Source of the DNA: Ktedonobacterales bacterium
Lineage (GTDB): Bacteria > Chloroflexota > Ktedonobacteria > Ktedonobacterales > JADMIN01
Direction: 5' to 3'
Assembly (NCBI GenBank): GCA_036391685.1
Contig: DASVZK010000033.1
Location: forward strand, 22,701 to 86,700
DNA length: 64,000 bases
The position numbers and the translations under genes are program-made. A model generated the notes under the pieces. The model was not told the origin of the DNA and searched no databases. It was given only the letters and a program-made list of their open reading frames with translations. The stretch's first letter is position 1, and each line of letters opens with the position of its first letter. Shown here one piece after another: positions 9,559 to 18,108 of this stretch.

Positions 9559-11910
9559 CTAGAGAACCTCATGGCAGGCGCGGTAGAGATCTTTCCAGCC
9601 TTCGCGCTCCTTGGCAACCGTTTGCAGGTATTCCAGCCAGACGACACGGTCTTGCACAGGATCCTTGACGATGGCGCCGGTGAGGCTGGCGGCCAGATCG
9701 TCCGCTTTGAGCGCGCCGTCGCCGTAGTAGCCGGCCATCGCCAGCCCGGCGCCCATCACTGAGATCGCCTCAGCGGTGGAGAGCGTACCGCTGGGGGTCT
9801 TCAGCTTGGTCTTGCCGTCCAGCGTCATACCAGAGCGCAATTCGCGGAAGACGGTGACGATACGGCGGATCTCGTCCAGCGCGGGCTTCTCGGCGGGCAG
9901 CTCCAGCGCCTGGCCCAACTGGGCGACGCGCCGCTCGACGATTTCGACCTCCTCGTCCATCGTCTCCGGCACGGGCAAGATGACGGTATTGAAGCGCCGC
10001 AGCAGGGCGCTGGTGAGCTCATTGACGCCCTTGTCGCGGTTGTTGGCGGTGGCGATGAGGTTGAAGCCCCTGCTCGCCTGGACCTCACTATCCAGCTCAG
10101 GGATAGGCAGTGTCTTCTCGGAGAGGATGGTGATCAGCGCATCCTGCACCTCGGCTGGCATGCGTGTCAGTTCCTCGATGCGCCCGATCCTGCCCTCACG
10201 CATCGCGCGCATGATCGGGCTGACGACCAGCGCGGTCTCCGACGGCCCCTCGACCAGCAGCCGCGCGTAGTTCCAGCCGTAGCGGATCGCCGCCTCATCG
10301 GTCCCCGCCGTCCCCTGCACCAGCAGCGTGGACTCGCCGCAGATCGCCGCCGCCAGATGCTCGGCCACCCAGCTGTTGTGAATGATGAAGTCATTCGCTA
10401 CGAAATTGTGAGTATCGGCCATGCTCAAGTCATAGACTTGGTGTTCACCGATTGGTTCAATTGCGACGATGACATCCCAATAGATGTCGCTCGCGGCAAG
10501 TTGGCGAAGTTCCTCACTATTCGCAAGTCGCGCAAGGCGAAGTAAGCGTGAACGTGAAATGCTCTGATGTGGGCGTACTGAGGCGCTTGCTGCAAGTTTG
10601 CGCTGATTTATGTCGGCCTGCAACAAGGTCCCCACACTGGCAAATCCTGCGGTTACAGCGGCGCTTTGGAGACGCGACCATATTTGCTGTGGGATAGTAT
10701 CGAGATTGGGATTAACAGTTCCCTTGAAAGACGCCAAAAAAGCGTTCGCTTCTTGGATATACTTCCGCCCTAAGAGTCCAATCTCATTGAGGAACGTGCG
10801 ACACTGGTCAGTTCCATGAATGAACAGGCGGTAGTGCCCGCTCGATAGACGGCGGACACGCGCGTTGATGCCAAAGCGCAATAGTAAGTGTTGCACGCCC
10901 TGTATCAGCCGCCTCGATTTGCTGGCGTAGTCAATGGTGGCCTGTTTCTTCGGCGTCTCACGGATGTGAAGGAACCCATCGCCGCTGAACAGGCGATTGA
11001 GGAAGAGCGCAACCTGCCGTTTGGGCAGCGTAAAAACCAAATCGGGAATGAATTTGGTCCCTGAGTTAGTCCCCATCTGACCCAGATCGCGCAGCCATTG
11101 TGTGCAGGGATTCGTGGTCTTTCCGCCGCGCATGCCTCCCGAAACGCTGCACGTCCTACCGTCAGGATACCAATGCGCCTGGAGGCTGGGGAAAGCTTCA
11201 ATAACCGCCTTACTGAAATCCTCTTTCATCTCAGGATTAGTGTTAGAGAAGTACGGTAGCTCTTGAGTGAGCGTACCTTCAGCAATGAGGTGCCCAAGCA
11301 ACTTGACGTGCGCGTCACTTGTTTCTGCTGTCCCAAAATATGGCAACGCACGAGGAAGGGCGATTCTGCTGCCCACTTCGAGTTTTTCAAGTGGTTGCCA
11401 ACCATCCATTGTGAGGAATGGATGGTTGAGCGTCACCTCGATTTCTCGCCCTAGATGTGTCGTAACGCGATAGCATGGGCGAACGCCGTTATCCACGTAG
11501 TCGCTCGGCGCTTGCGACTTGAGATGATACTCACCATCTAGTGTAGCCACCTCAACATCCCGCGTTTTGCATGCTTCAGCAACAGTTACACGCTTCCCCG
11601 TCCGCGTATCCAGAATCAGCATGTCGTGTTTGACACATTTCGCTGTCCCGGGCAGGCCATACAGCAGCAGGGCGCGGTCAGTGGCCAGCGTGGCGATGGC
11701 GATCTCCATCAACCGGGCCGAGCCGATGTATTTGGGCGAGACCGCGAAGCCATTGGGTAGCGTGCCGCCGAGCAGGTAGGTGCGCACGGCCCAGGGCGAG
11801 AGCTTCCAGTTCGGCGGGCGCTGGCGGTCGTCGGCTTTGGCCAGCTCGGCCAGTTCCTCAGCGTACTGCGTCTCGGCGTGCTGGCGGAGGACGTTTGGGA
11901 GAGTGGTCAT
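9559..11910 (-). CDS. MoxR/AAA_5-class AAA+ ATPase interrupted by an intein
   Basis: 783 aa. Walker A is split as LLYGLPGTAK | intein | SWVAEH. A Walker B-like RIGRIEELTRMP and a MoxR-like C-terminal region follow. The exteins total 362 aa. Confidence 0.9.
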   Translation of the reverse strand: MTTLPNVLRQHAETQYAEELAELAKADDRQRPPNWKLSPWAVRTYLLGGTLPNGFAVSPKYIGSARLMEIAIATLATDRALLLYGLPGTAKCVKHDMLILDTRTGKRVTVAEACKTRDVEVATLDGEYHLKSQAPSDYVDNGVRPCYRVTTHLGREIEVTLNHPFLTMDGWQPLEKLEVGSRIALPRALPYFGTAETSDAHVKLLGHLIAEGTLTQELPYFSNTNPEMKEDFSKAVIEAFPSLQAHWYPDGRTCSVSGGMRGGKTTNPCTQWLRDLGQMGTNSGTKFIPDLVFTLPKRQVALFLNRLFSGDGFLHIRETPKKQATIDYASKSRRLIQGVQHLLLRFGINARVRRLSSGHYRLFIHGTDQCRTFLNEIGLLGRKYIQEANAFLASFKGTVNPNLDTIPQQIWSRLQSAAVTAGFASVGTLLQADINQRKLAASASVRPHQSISRSRLLRLARLANSEELRQLAASDIYWDVIVAIEPIGEHQVYDLSMADTHNFVANDFIIHNSWVAEHLAAAICGESTLLVQGTAGTDEAAIRYGWNYARLLVEGPSETALVVSPIMRAMREGRIGRIEELTRMPAEVQDALITILSEKTLPIPELDSEVQASRGFNLIATANNRDKGVNELTSALLRRFNTVILPVPETMDEEVEIVERRVAQLGQALELPAEKPALDEIRRIVTVFRELRSGMTLDGKTKLKTPSGTLSTAEAISVMGAGLAMAGYYGDGALKADDLAASLTGAIVKDPVQDRVVWLEYLQTVAKEREGWKDLYRACHEVL
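10375..11637 (-). mobile_element. intein with LAGLIDADG homing-endonuclease domain (421 aa)
   Basis: Begins with Cys (TGT, 11637-11635, CVKHDMLILD) and has block B TLNHPF. Two LAGLIDADG motifs are present (LLGHLIAEGT, FLNRLFSGDGF). It ends VANDFIIHN (AAC, 10377-10375) followed by +1 Ser (AGC, 10374-10372). The DNA is visibly more AT-rich than the exteins. Confidence 0.9.
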
Positions 11911-13484
11911 AGCGGCAACACTTTCACTAGGCGCTCGCGCAGGCGGATGGTCTCGGCGAACGCGTTCAGCTGGTTCTTGAAGCGGCTACTGTAGGGGTTC
12001 TGGGCTTCGGGAACGGCGATGGGTTCGCGCGCCACCGTGAACGCGGTTTCCGGCATCGCCAGCGCCGCGTCGTTGAGCGTGGTATCCCATGGGTCGGTGG
12101 CGCGCGCCTTGGTGTCAGTGACGACCGCGAAGGCGCGCAGGCCGTCGAGGTAAGCCTGGGCCACGGCGACGCTCCACGGGCGCGGCAAGAGGTCCAGCGC
12201 CGCCCGAAGACCCATATCCGCGTATGTGTCAGGCGCGGCGAGCACCCGCAGGACGAATGCGTCCAATGTGGCGGGCGGCAGCAGCGGCGCGAGCGGTCGG
12301 CAATAGCTGGCGCGGTCCGCGTCCATCTGCGCAATCTCTTTGTCAGGCATTGCGAGCAGGGCGTCCCATAGGGCGAGCGCCCAGTCGCGAGCCTGAAAGC
12401 TGGTTGTCGCGGTACTCCAGCTTTCCAGGATGCTGGCGCGCCATTTCGATGCGGCGCTGGCGGCGATAAGCGCGGCGGGCGCCACGCCAAAGCGCTCTGT
12501 CCAGTGCGCTGGCGGTACGCGCTCAAGGAGCGCCGCCAGCCAGAACGCGCGCTGGCCATTCTTGTTCGAGATGGATTGGGTAGGCAGACCGTCGCGCGCC
12601 CAGCTGCCGTCTATCGCGGCGGGTGGGTCGGCGTCGAGCGCCGCGCCATCGAAGGTGATGGCGGCGTTGGCGCGGTCGCGGAGACGCAGCGCCAGCGCCG
12701 ATGCCGGAAGATCGGTGAGCAGGCGCGCGGCGACGGCGCGCACGCGCTCGCCACGGTCGTCTAGCGCTGCCTCTAACAGCGGCTCATCGTCGGGCGCGAG
12801 ACCGGTGGCGAAGGTTTCGAGCATGCTGGCGCGGGTCTCAGCCTTCTCCTTCTTCCAGACGCCCTCGAGCCAATCGCGCGCCAGCGCCGGGTCTTGAGTG
12901 CGCAGGCGACCCAGCAGCGCGATCCGCTGCCTTGTCGTTCCCTCCTGCCAGATGGTCTCGGCGTCGGGCGGCAGGGCATCGCGCACGCCGGGCAGCGTGC
13001 GCTCCAGCAGCCACGACCATTCGGGATTGTGGCTCGCCAGCCAGCGTCCGCGCTCTCCCGCCAGCGGCCCCAGCGCGGCGCGCAGCTCGTTGGTGGCGAA
13101 GGCGCGCGCCTTCTTGAGGGTGAGTGGCAGCAGCGTGGGTGGCAGCAACTCGCCGCGCCGCTCCATCCGCGCGCAGGCTTCCAGCAGCAGGTCGTCGCGC
13201 CCGGTGACGACGAGGCCTTCGATCAGCGCGGCGGCGTCGGGCGGGCAGATTGGGCGCTCCTCCGTCTTCGCGGCTTCCAGCGGCGCGACGCCACGCGCGG
13301 GCAGGCGTCCCGCCGCGTGGTAGATGGCGGATTCAGCCGCGCGCAGCAGCAGATCTCGCCCCGCGTCCTCGCCCGGCAGCGGAATGCCATCGACTGGCGC
13401 GCCGGTGGTGGGAGATGCGTTTGGGCTGTGCGCCAGACCGGCCAGCGCCTGCGCGGTCAGCGAATTGGGGCGGGTCGCCGTCAT
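11907..13484 (-). CDS. uncharacterised helical protein (DUF5691-like; name recalled, not verified)
   Basis: The ORF extends to 13727, but the ATG at 13484 forms an ATGA overlap with the SWIM gene stop. 525 aa, Leu/Ala-rich and predicted helical. Its stop overlaps the AAA+ start by 4 nt. Confidence 0.65.
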   Translation of the reverse strand: MTATRPNSLTAQALAGLAHSPNASPTTGAPVDGIPLPGEDAGRDLLLRAAESAIYHAAGRLPARGVAPLEAAKTEERPICPPDAAALIEGLVVTGRDDLLLEACARMERRGELLPPTLLPLTLKKARAFATNELRAALGPLAGERGRWLASHNPEWSWLLERTLPGVRDALPPDAETIWQEGTTRQRIALLGRLRTQDPALARDWLEGVWKKEKAETRASMLETFATGLAPDDEPLLEAALDDRGERVRAVAARLLTDLPASALALRLRDRANAAITFDGAALDADPPAAIDGSWARDGLPTQSISNKNGQRAFWLAALLERVPPAHWTERFGVAPAALIAASAASKWRASILESWSTATTSFQARDWALALWDALLAMPDKEIAQMDADRASYCRPLAPLLPPATLDAFVLRVLAAPDTYADMGLRAALDLLPRPWSVAVAQAYLDGLRAFAVVTDTKARATDPWDTTLNDAALAMPETAFTVAREPIAVPEAQNPYSSRFKNQLNAFAETIRLRERLVKVLPL

Positions 13485-14878
13485 GCGCGCGCCTCCGTCA
13501 GCGGGGTATATGTCCCGACGGCGATGACGCCTAGCGGCAGCAGCGTCTCGCCATTCCACTCCACCATCACATCTACCGGCTGGCCCCCAGAGACGGCCAG
13601 CAGCCGCCAATGCTCGCGCGCGACCAGCGGCAGCGCGTCGCCATCGGCGTCTAGCAGCCGCCAGTCGCCCTCCGGCGTCAGCGTCGGCGTCACTCCGCGC
13701 AACACGCCGCCCAGGCGCCCAAGCCATGGATCACACGCCAACCCTCCGGCATAGGCCTGAAGAAGCCCTTCGACCCGCGTGTAACTTGCCGGGTCCCAGT
13801 TCGCGAAGGCGGGCTTCGCGGCCGCCGGGCCCGTAGCCGCGGATTTATCCGCCTGGCCGGACGTGACGATTTTGGCGCGCAGAGGGTATGCGCCGGGCCA
13901 GTAGCGCAGGTCGGCGGTCAGGCTAGAGCCAGGGAGATAGACCTCAGCGAAGGTCCCGAAGGAGGGCGAGTACTGCATGATGACGGCGGGACGCTGGCTG
14001 CGCTCGCCCAGCAGCCATGTGCGCTGGACATGGATGCGCTCGCTGTCGTCCACCCACTGCCCCAGGACCAGCCAGCCGTCGCTGACCAGTTCTCCGCGCG
14101 CGTCTACCTCCTCGGCGCTCAGCGCCCATCCGGCCACCTGGCGCACCGTCTCGCGCAGCGCCGGACTGAGCGAGTCCAGACACCTCCAGGCCTGAGAGAG
14201 CAGGGCAAGCTTGCCAAGCTCGGCCAGCAACCGTTCTGGCCAGTCCGCTGCGGAGCCGGGGATGCCTGCCATGCGGCGCAGGCGGTTGGCCGCGCCGGGG
14301 ACCTGCGCGTCCACCATGCGCGCGGCCTGCGCTTCCCAGAAGCTGGCGCCTTTGACCTCCAGCCCGGCGATGCCGTTGCGCATCAGGTCGCTCAGCCAGA
14401 GATCGAGATTGTCGAAGCCGCCCGCCATCAGCCGCTGGCGCTTCTCGATGCGCCTGGACGCGACCTTGTCGGCGGCGGCCCGCGCGGGGGCGTCATCCGT
14501 GGCGTCGGCGGGCTGGACGGGCGTGTCAGTGTTGGGCGCGGCCGCCTTGAGCGCGGCCTTGGCGGCGCGCTTGGTCAGCCAGCCGCTCATCCACTCTGGC
14601 GGCTGCGTGGTGGGAACAGTGTCATCGGCGGCGAGAAGGAGCAGGCCGATACCGTGCTTGCAGGGGAATTTGCGACTGGGACAGCTACAGGCGACGGTCA
14701 GGTTGGCGAGATCTATCTTGACCTGATACAGCGCGCTACCCAGGCATTCGCCCCAGAGCCCGGCGTCATCACGTCCCACGCTTTTCCAGTGGCGCGGCGC
14801 GGCCAGCTTGCGGCCCGCCTGCGCGGACGCGGTATCGGGCGTGAGCGCGAGGACCTGCTCAGCGGATATGGCTGGCAT
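13481..14878 (-). CDS. SWIM zinc-finger protein
   Basis: CxCx6CxH signature (ACSCPSRKFPCKHG) near the N-terminus. The ATG at 14878 is preceded by GGAAGGAGA. The track ORF extension to 15085 lacks coding character. Confidence 0.8.
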   Translation of the reverse strand: MPAISAEQVLALTPDTASAQAGRKLAAPRHWKSVGRDDAGLWGECLGSALYQVKIDLANLTVACSCPSRKFPCKHGIGLLLLAADDTVPTTQPPEWMSGWLTKRAAKAALKAAAPNTDTPVQPADATDDAPARAAADKVASRRIEKRQRLMAGGFDNLDLWLSDLMRNGIAGLEVKGASFWEAQAARMVDAQVPGAANRLRRMAGIPGSAADWPERLLAELGKLALLSQAWRCLDSLSPALRETVRQVAGWALSAEEVDARGELVSDGWLVLGQWVDDSERIHVQRTWLLGERSQRPAVIMQYSPSFGTFAEVYLPGSSLTADLRYWPGAYPLRAKIVTSGQADKSAATGPAAAKPAFANWDPASYTRVEGLLQAYAGGLACDPWLGRLGGVLRGVTPTLTPEGDWRLLDADGDALPLVAREHWRLLAVSGGQPVDVMVEWNGETLLPLGVIAVGTYTPLTEARA

Positions 14879-15178
14879 GCGCGGCGTCTCCTTCCACCAG
14901 AGGGGATGGCGCTGTAGAACCGTCGAAATCCTGTTCTCCGCCAGTATGCCGTAGCCGGAACCCCATGTATAGCCCCCATTGCCGGGGCCGCCTGCAAAGG
15001 ATGGCGGAGCGCGAATTGCATGGTCGGTGGTATGCGATACAATAGCGTGATGGGCGCTGGCCCTCACCCCTTGACGCTGTCCCACGGAGAGAGGGGAGTC
15101 AGAGTGGCCAGTACGCCTCGCGTGGCCATGAAGCTGGCCCCGCTGGATAATCCAATCGCCACAGGGAGAAACCCATAC

Positions 15179-15637
15179 ATGGCCACGTCAAAGTCAGCCG
15201 GGAAGGGACGCGTTCCAGGCGTCTACGGCAAGGAAGAGATCGCCACCAACCGGCTGGAGCCGTGGCCCAATCCCTATACGGGCCGCGATTACATCATTCA
15301 CTTCGAGATTCCGGAGTTTACCTGCGTCTGCCCGCGCTCTGGCTTCCCCGACTTCGCCACGATCGTCATTGACTACGCGCCCGGGCCGAGCGTGGTCGAG
15401 TTGAAGAGCCTCAAGCTCTACATCAACGGCTACCGCGACCGCGCGATCAGCCATGAAGGCGCGACCAACGTCATCCTCGATGACCTGCTGGCGGCGCTCA
15501 GCCCGAAGTGGATGCGGGTGGTGGGTGAGTTCAACGTGCGCGGCAACATCAAGACGGTAGTGACCGCCGAGCATTTCGCGCCGGACTACAGCGGCCCGCG
15601 CCCGGGCTATGAGCGCCCGGCTTACCGCGGCATCTGA
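15179..15637 (+). CDS. queF: NADPH-dependent 7-cyano-7-deazaguanine (preQ0) reductase
   Basis: Unimodular QueF motifs: catalytic Cys in [13 protein letters not shown] and the QueF motif ELKSLKLYI. The ATG at 15179 follows GGGAGA. Confidence 0.9.
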   Translation: MATSKSAGKGRVPGVYGKEEIATNRLEPWPNPYTGRDYIIHFEIPEFTCVCPRSGFPDFATIVIDYAPGPSVVELKSLKLYINGYRDRAISHEGATNVILDDLLAALSPKWMRVVGEFNVRGNIKTVVTAEHFAPDYSGPRPGYERPAYRGI

Positions 15638-15675
15638 GGCGCGGCCAGGCGCTTGATCTGAGCGAGGGAGACGGC

Positions 15676-16479
15676 ATGGAGCCACAGTCACGGGCGGCGC
15701 TGCTGCTCGAACGTCTCGACGCGATTGGCGCGTCGCTCGCGGAGAGTGGCCACGCGCTGGCGCTGATCGGGCTGGGCTCCGTCGGCGCCGAGCTTGGGCG
15801 GCTGGATGTGTACTCCGACCTCGATTTCTTCGCCATCGTACAGCCGGGCTTCAAGGAGCGCTTTATCGGCGACCTCGTGTGGCTCGCGCGCGTCCATCCC
15901 ATCGCCTTCGCATTCCCCAACACCCGCGACGGCGACAAGGTCCTCTTCGCCGATGGCGTTTACGCCGAGTTCGCCGTCTTCATTCCAGACGAGCTTGGGC
16001 ATATTCCCGCGCATGGAGCCCGCGTAGTGTGGCAAACCAGCGGCTTCGACTGCGACGCCTTGCTCGCGCGCGCGCCGGAGCCGCCAGCGCCAGAGCCGCC
16101 AGCCGTCGAGTGGCTGACCGGTGAGATCCTGACCAACCTCTACGTCGGTCTAACCCGCTACCGGCGCGGCGAGCGGCTTTCCGCCATGCGCCTCATCCAG
16201 ACGCACGCCGTTGACCGCCTCATCGAGCTTTCCGCGCGCATCGAGCCTGCAGCGGCCGCCAGCGCCGACCCCTTCGCGCTGGAGCGGCGCTATGAGGCGC
16301 GCTACCCGCAGACCGCCGCTCTGCTGCCCCAGTTCGCGCAAGGCTACGAGCGCAGCGTGGAGTCCGCACTGGCCATCCTCGCCTTCATCGATCGCCATTT
16401 CCCCGCCCATGTCAACGCCGCCCTCAAGCGGCGCATCCTCGACCTCTGCGCGCCAGTCTCATCCGGCGGGCAGCCGTAG
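15676..16479 (+). CDS. Pol-beta-superfamily nucleotidyltransferase domain protein
   Basis: 267 aa. GLGSVGAELGRLDVYSDLDFF fits the GS...DxD nucleotidyltransferase signature. The substrate is not inferable. Confidence 0.6.
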   Translation: MEPQSRAALLLERLDAIGASLAESGHALALIGLGSVGAELGRLDVYSDLDFFAIVQPGFKERFIGDLVWLARVHPIAFAFPNTRDGDKVLFADGVYAEFAVFIPDELGHIPAHGARVVWQTSGFDCDALLARAPEPPAPEPPAVEWLTGEILTNLYVGLTRYRRGERLSAMRLIQTHAVDRLIELSARIEPAAAASADPFALERRYEARYPQTAALLPQFAQGYERSVESALAILAFIDRHFPAHVNAALKRRILDLCAPVSSGGQP

Positions 16480-16494
16480 CCGCGCGCTAGCAGA

Positions 16495-17430
16495 CTAGCT
16501 GGCGGGCGGGCAGACGAAGAACCCAGACGATGGCATCATGGCTTGCATGGTGGGCGCTTGGCAGTTCTCGCCGTTCCACGTCTGAGTCGGCGGCGCGAGC
16601 AGCGTCGGCTGTGAGGTCGCGACAACCCGGGGCGCGGCGCCATCCACACTCAGCGCGAACGAGAAGCCATACGTCGCGGGGCCCGTCAGACCTGTCATCA
16701 CGACGTCAATGCTCAGTCGCTGATTGGGCTGGAGTGTAACGGGTAGCGGACCCAGGACCGGATCGAGCGCCGGGCTGACTTCGACCATCCTGGCGACGGC
16801 CATCGCGCCTGCTCCGGCCCCGCTGGGGAAGCTGGCGCGCATGTAGTCATTCTGGATGTTGGCGCCGCCGCAGCCAGCGGTGATCACCTTGTGTCCCTGC
16901 GCATCATAGGAGCTCACGCAGGGCTTCCAGATTCTGAGCGCGCCGGTAAATGGCGTCAGCGTGGCGAGCGTCACCGTGACCCCATCTATGCGCCGCGTAT
17001 GGCCTGAGGTGTTGCACAGTACAATGACGTACCCCCCAGAATTCTGGTCCACGATGGGGTTGACCTGCACATCTGTGGGCGCGCCGCTGCCATTGAAGCT
17101 GTTCGTATTGTACGGCGCGAGTGGCGCGCTGTCGGGTACCCGGCCTTCAGGATACGCCGTATTGCCCATATAGGCCGTGCTTCCTACGAGCATCCCATCG
17201 AAGGCCGCGCCGGCGAATGACCCGTCGCAGCCAGGGCTTGAAGTTGGCTGGGACGTCGCCGCGGCGGTCGCGGTCGGGTTGCTGATCACCGTCGCCACGG
17301 TTGTGGCCGGGGTGGGGGCGCTCGCGGCGCCAGCGCCGCTACACCCAGCAAGTGTCAAGGTCGCCAGCGCCGCCAAGGTCATGAACGAGATACGCATTTC
17401 TAGGCCAGACATCCGACGCATAGAGATCAT
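16495..17430 (-). CDS. secreted lipoprotein, hypothetical
   Basis: Signal peptide with lipobox (LTLAGC) followed by a Thr/Ala-rich linker. No family recognised. Confidence 0.6.
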   Translation of the reverse strand: MISMRRMSGLEMRISFMTLAALATLTLAGCSGAGAASAPTPATTVATVISNPTATAAATSQPTSSPGCDGSFAGAAFDGMLVGSTAYMGNTAYPEGRVPDSAPLAPYNTNSFNGSGAPTDVQVNPIVDQNSGGYVIVLCNTSGHTRRIDGVTVTLATLTPFTGALRIWKPCVSSYDAQGHKVITAGCGGANIQNDYMRASFPSGAGAGAMAVARMVEVSPALDPVLGPLPVTLQPNQRLSIDVVMTGLTGPATYGFSFALSVDGAAPRVVATSQPTLLAPPTQTWNGENCQAPTMQAMMPSSGFFVCPPAS

Positions 17431-17575
17431 CCTTCCCGTTCGCTACATAGGCGTCCACAGCGCGCCTATCTCGCCCATCCTGTTATGTCGCCAGGCAGGG
17501 AATGATGTGACATAGGGAAGACGTAGAGCAGAGGAGTTGTGTTCCTCCGAACACATGCGCATGGTGGCGGCTCGG

Positions 17576-18037
17576 TTAGCTGGCGCGGCGCAGGAGGACA
17601 ATCGGGATCTCGCGGGACGTTCCGGCCTGGTAACGGGCGTACTGGCGATTGGCGGCGACGACCTGCGGCCAGAGGCGCGCGCGCTCCTCGGGAGAGGCGA
17701 CGCGGGCGACGACCGGGAATCGCTCGCGCTTGAGCTGGACCTGCGCTTCAGGGTGGACGAGCAGGTTGAAATACCACGCGGGCTGCGCGTCACTGCCCCA
17801 GTTCGAGGCGACCAGCGCCAGCGCGCCATCCAGATTGGGGAATGAGAAGTAGGTGATGGCGCGGGTGCGCGGCTCGCCGCTCTTGCGCCCGGTGGTGGTG
17901 AGCAGCAGCGTGCGCTGGATCACCAGCGAGTGACCGATGACGCCATCGGTAGCGCGATAGAGCGCGGTATGGGCCTTCCAGAATACGCGCGCCCACAGTG
18001 GCGCGCCGCGCGTGGCGGCAGTGCGTGGCGCGGTCAC
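17576..18037 (-). CDS. deazaflavin (F420)-dependent nitroreductase-family oxidoreductase (DDN/DUF385-like)
   Basis: 153 aa. LLLTTTGRKSGEPRT...ASNWGSDAQPAWYFNL...ARYQAGTSREIPIVLL is characteristic of the DDN family. Confidence 0.75.
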   Translation of the reverse strand: MTAPRTAATRGAPLWARVFWKAHTALYRATDGVIGHSLVIQRTLLLTTTGRKSGEPRTRAITYFSFPNLDGALALVASNWGSDAQPAWYFNLLVHPEAQVQLKRERFPVVARVASPEERARLWPQVVAANRQYARYQAGTSREIPIVLLRRAS

Positions 18038-18065
18038 AGGTGGCTCCTCTCGTTTCGTGTATGAC

Positions 18066-18100
18066 GCGGCGCGGCGCGGCGCGGCGCGGCGCGGCGCGGC
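18066..18100. repeat. pentanucleotide microsatellite (GCGGC)x7
   Basis: Seven perfect tandem GCGGC units. They lie in the 71-bp spacer between the stop of the 18109-20100 gene and the start of the DDN-family gene. Confidence 0.95.
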
Positions 18101-18108
18101 GCGCCGCG

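Noticed and set aside
12894-14917. Several 140-295-aa plus-strand ORFs (12894-13754, 12898-13323, 14030-14917, 14211-14726)
   Set aside because: All lie antisense inside the SWIM and helical-protein genes of the tightly coupled minus-strand operon. Their translations are dominated by Arg, Ala, Gly and Pro.
15086-15178. preQ1 riboswitch upstream of queF
   Set aside because: The leader is short. I could not find the conserved preQ1-I hairpin plus A-rich tail or any convincing pseudoknot. A covariance-model scan would be needed to decide.
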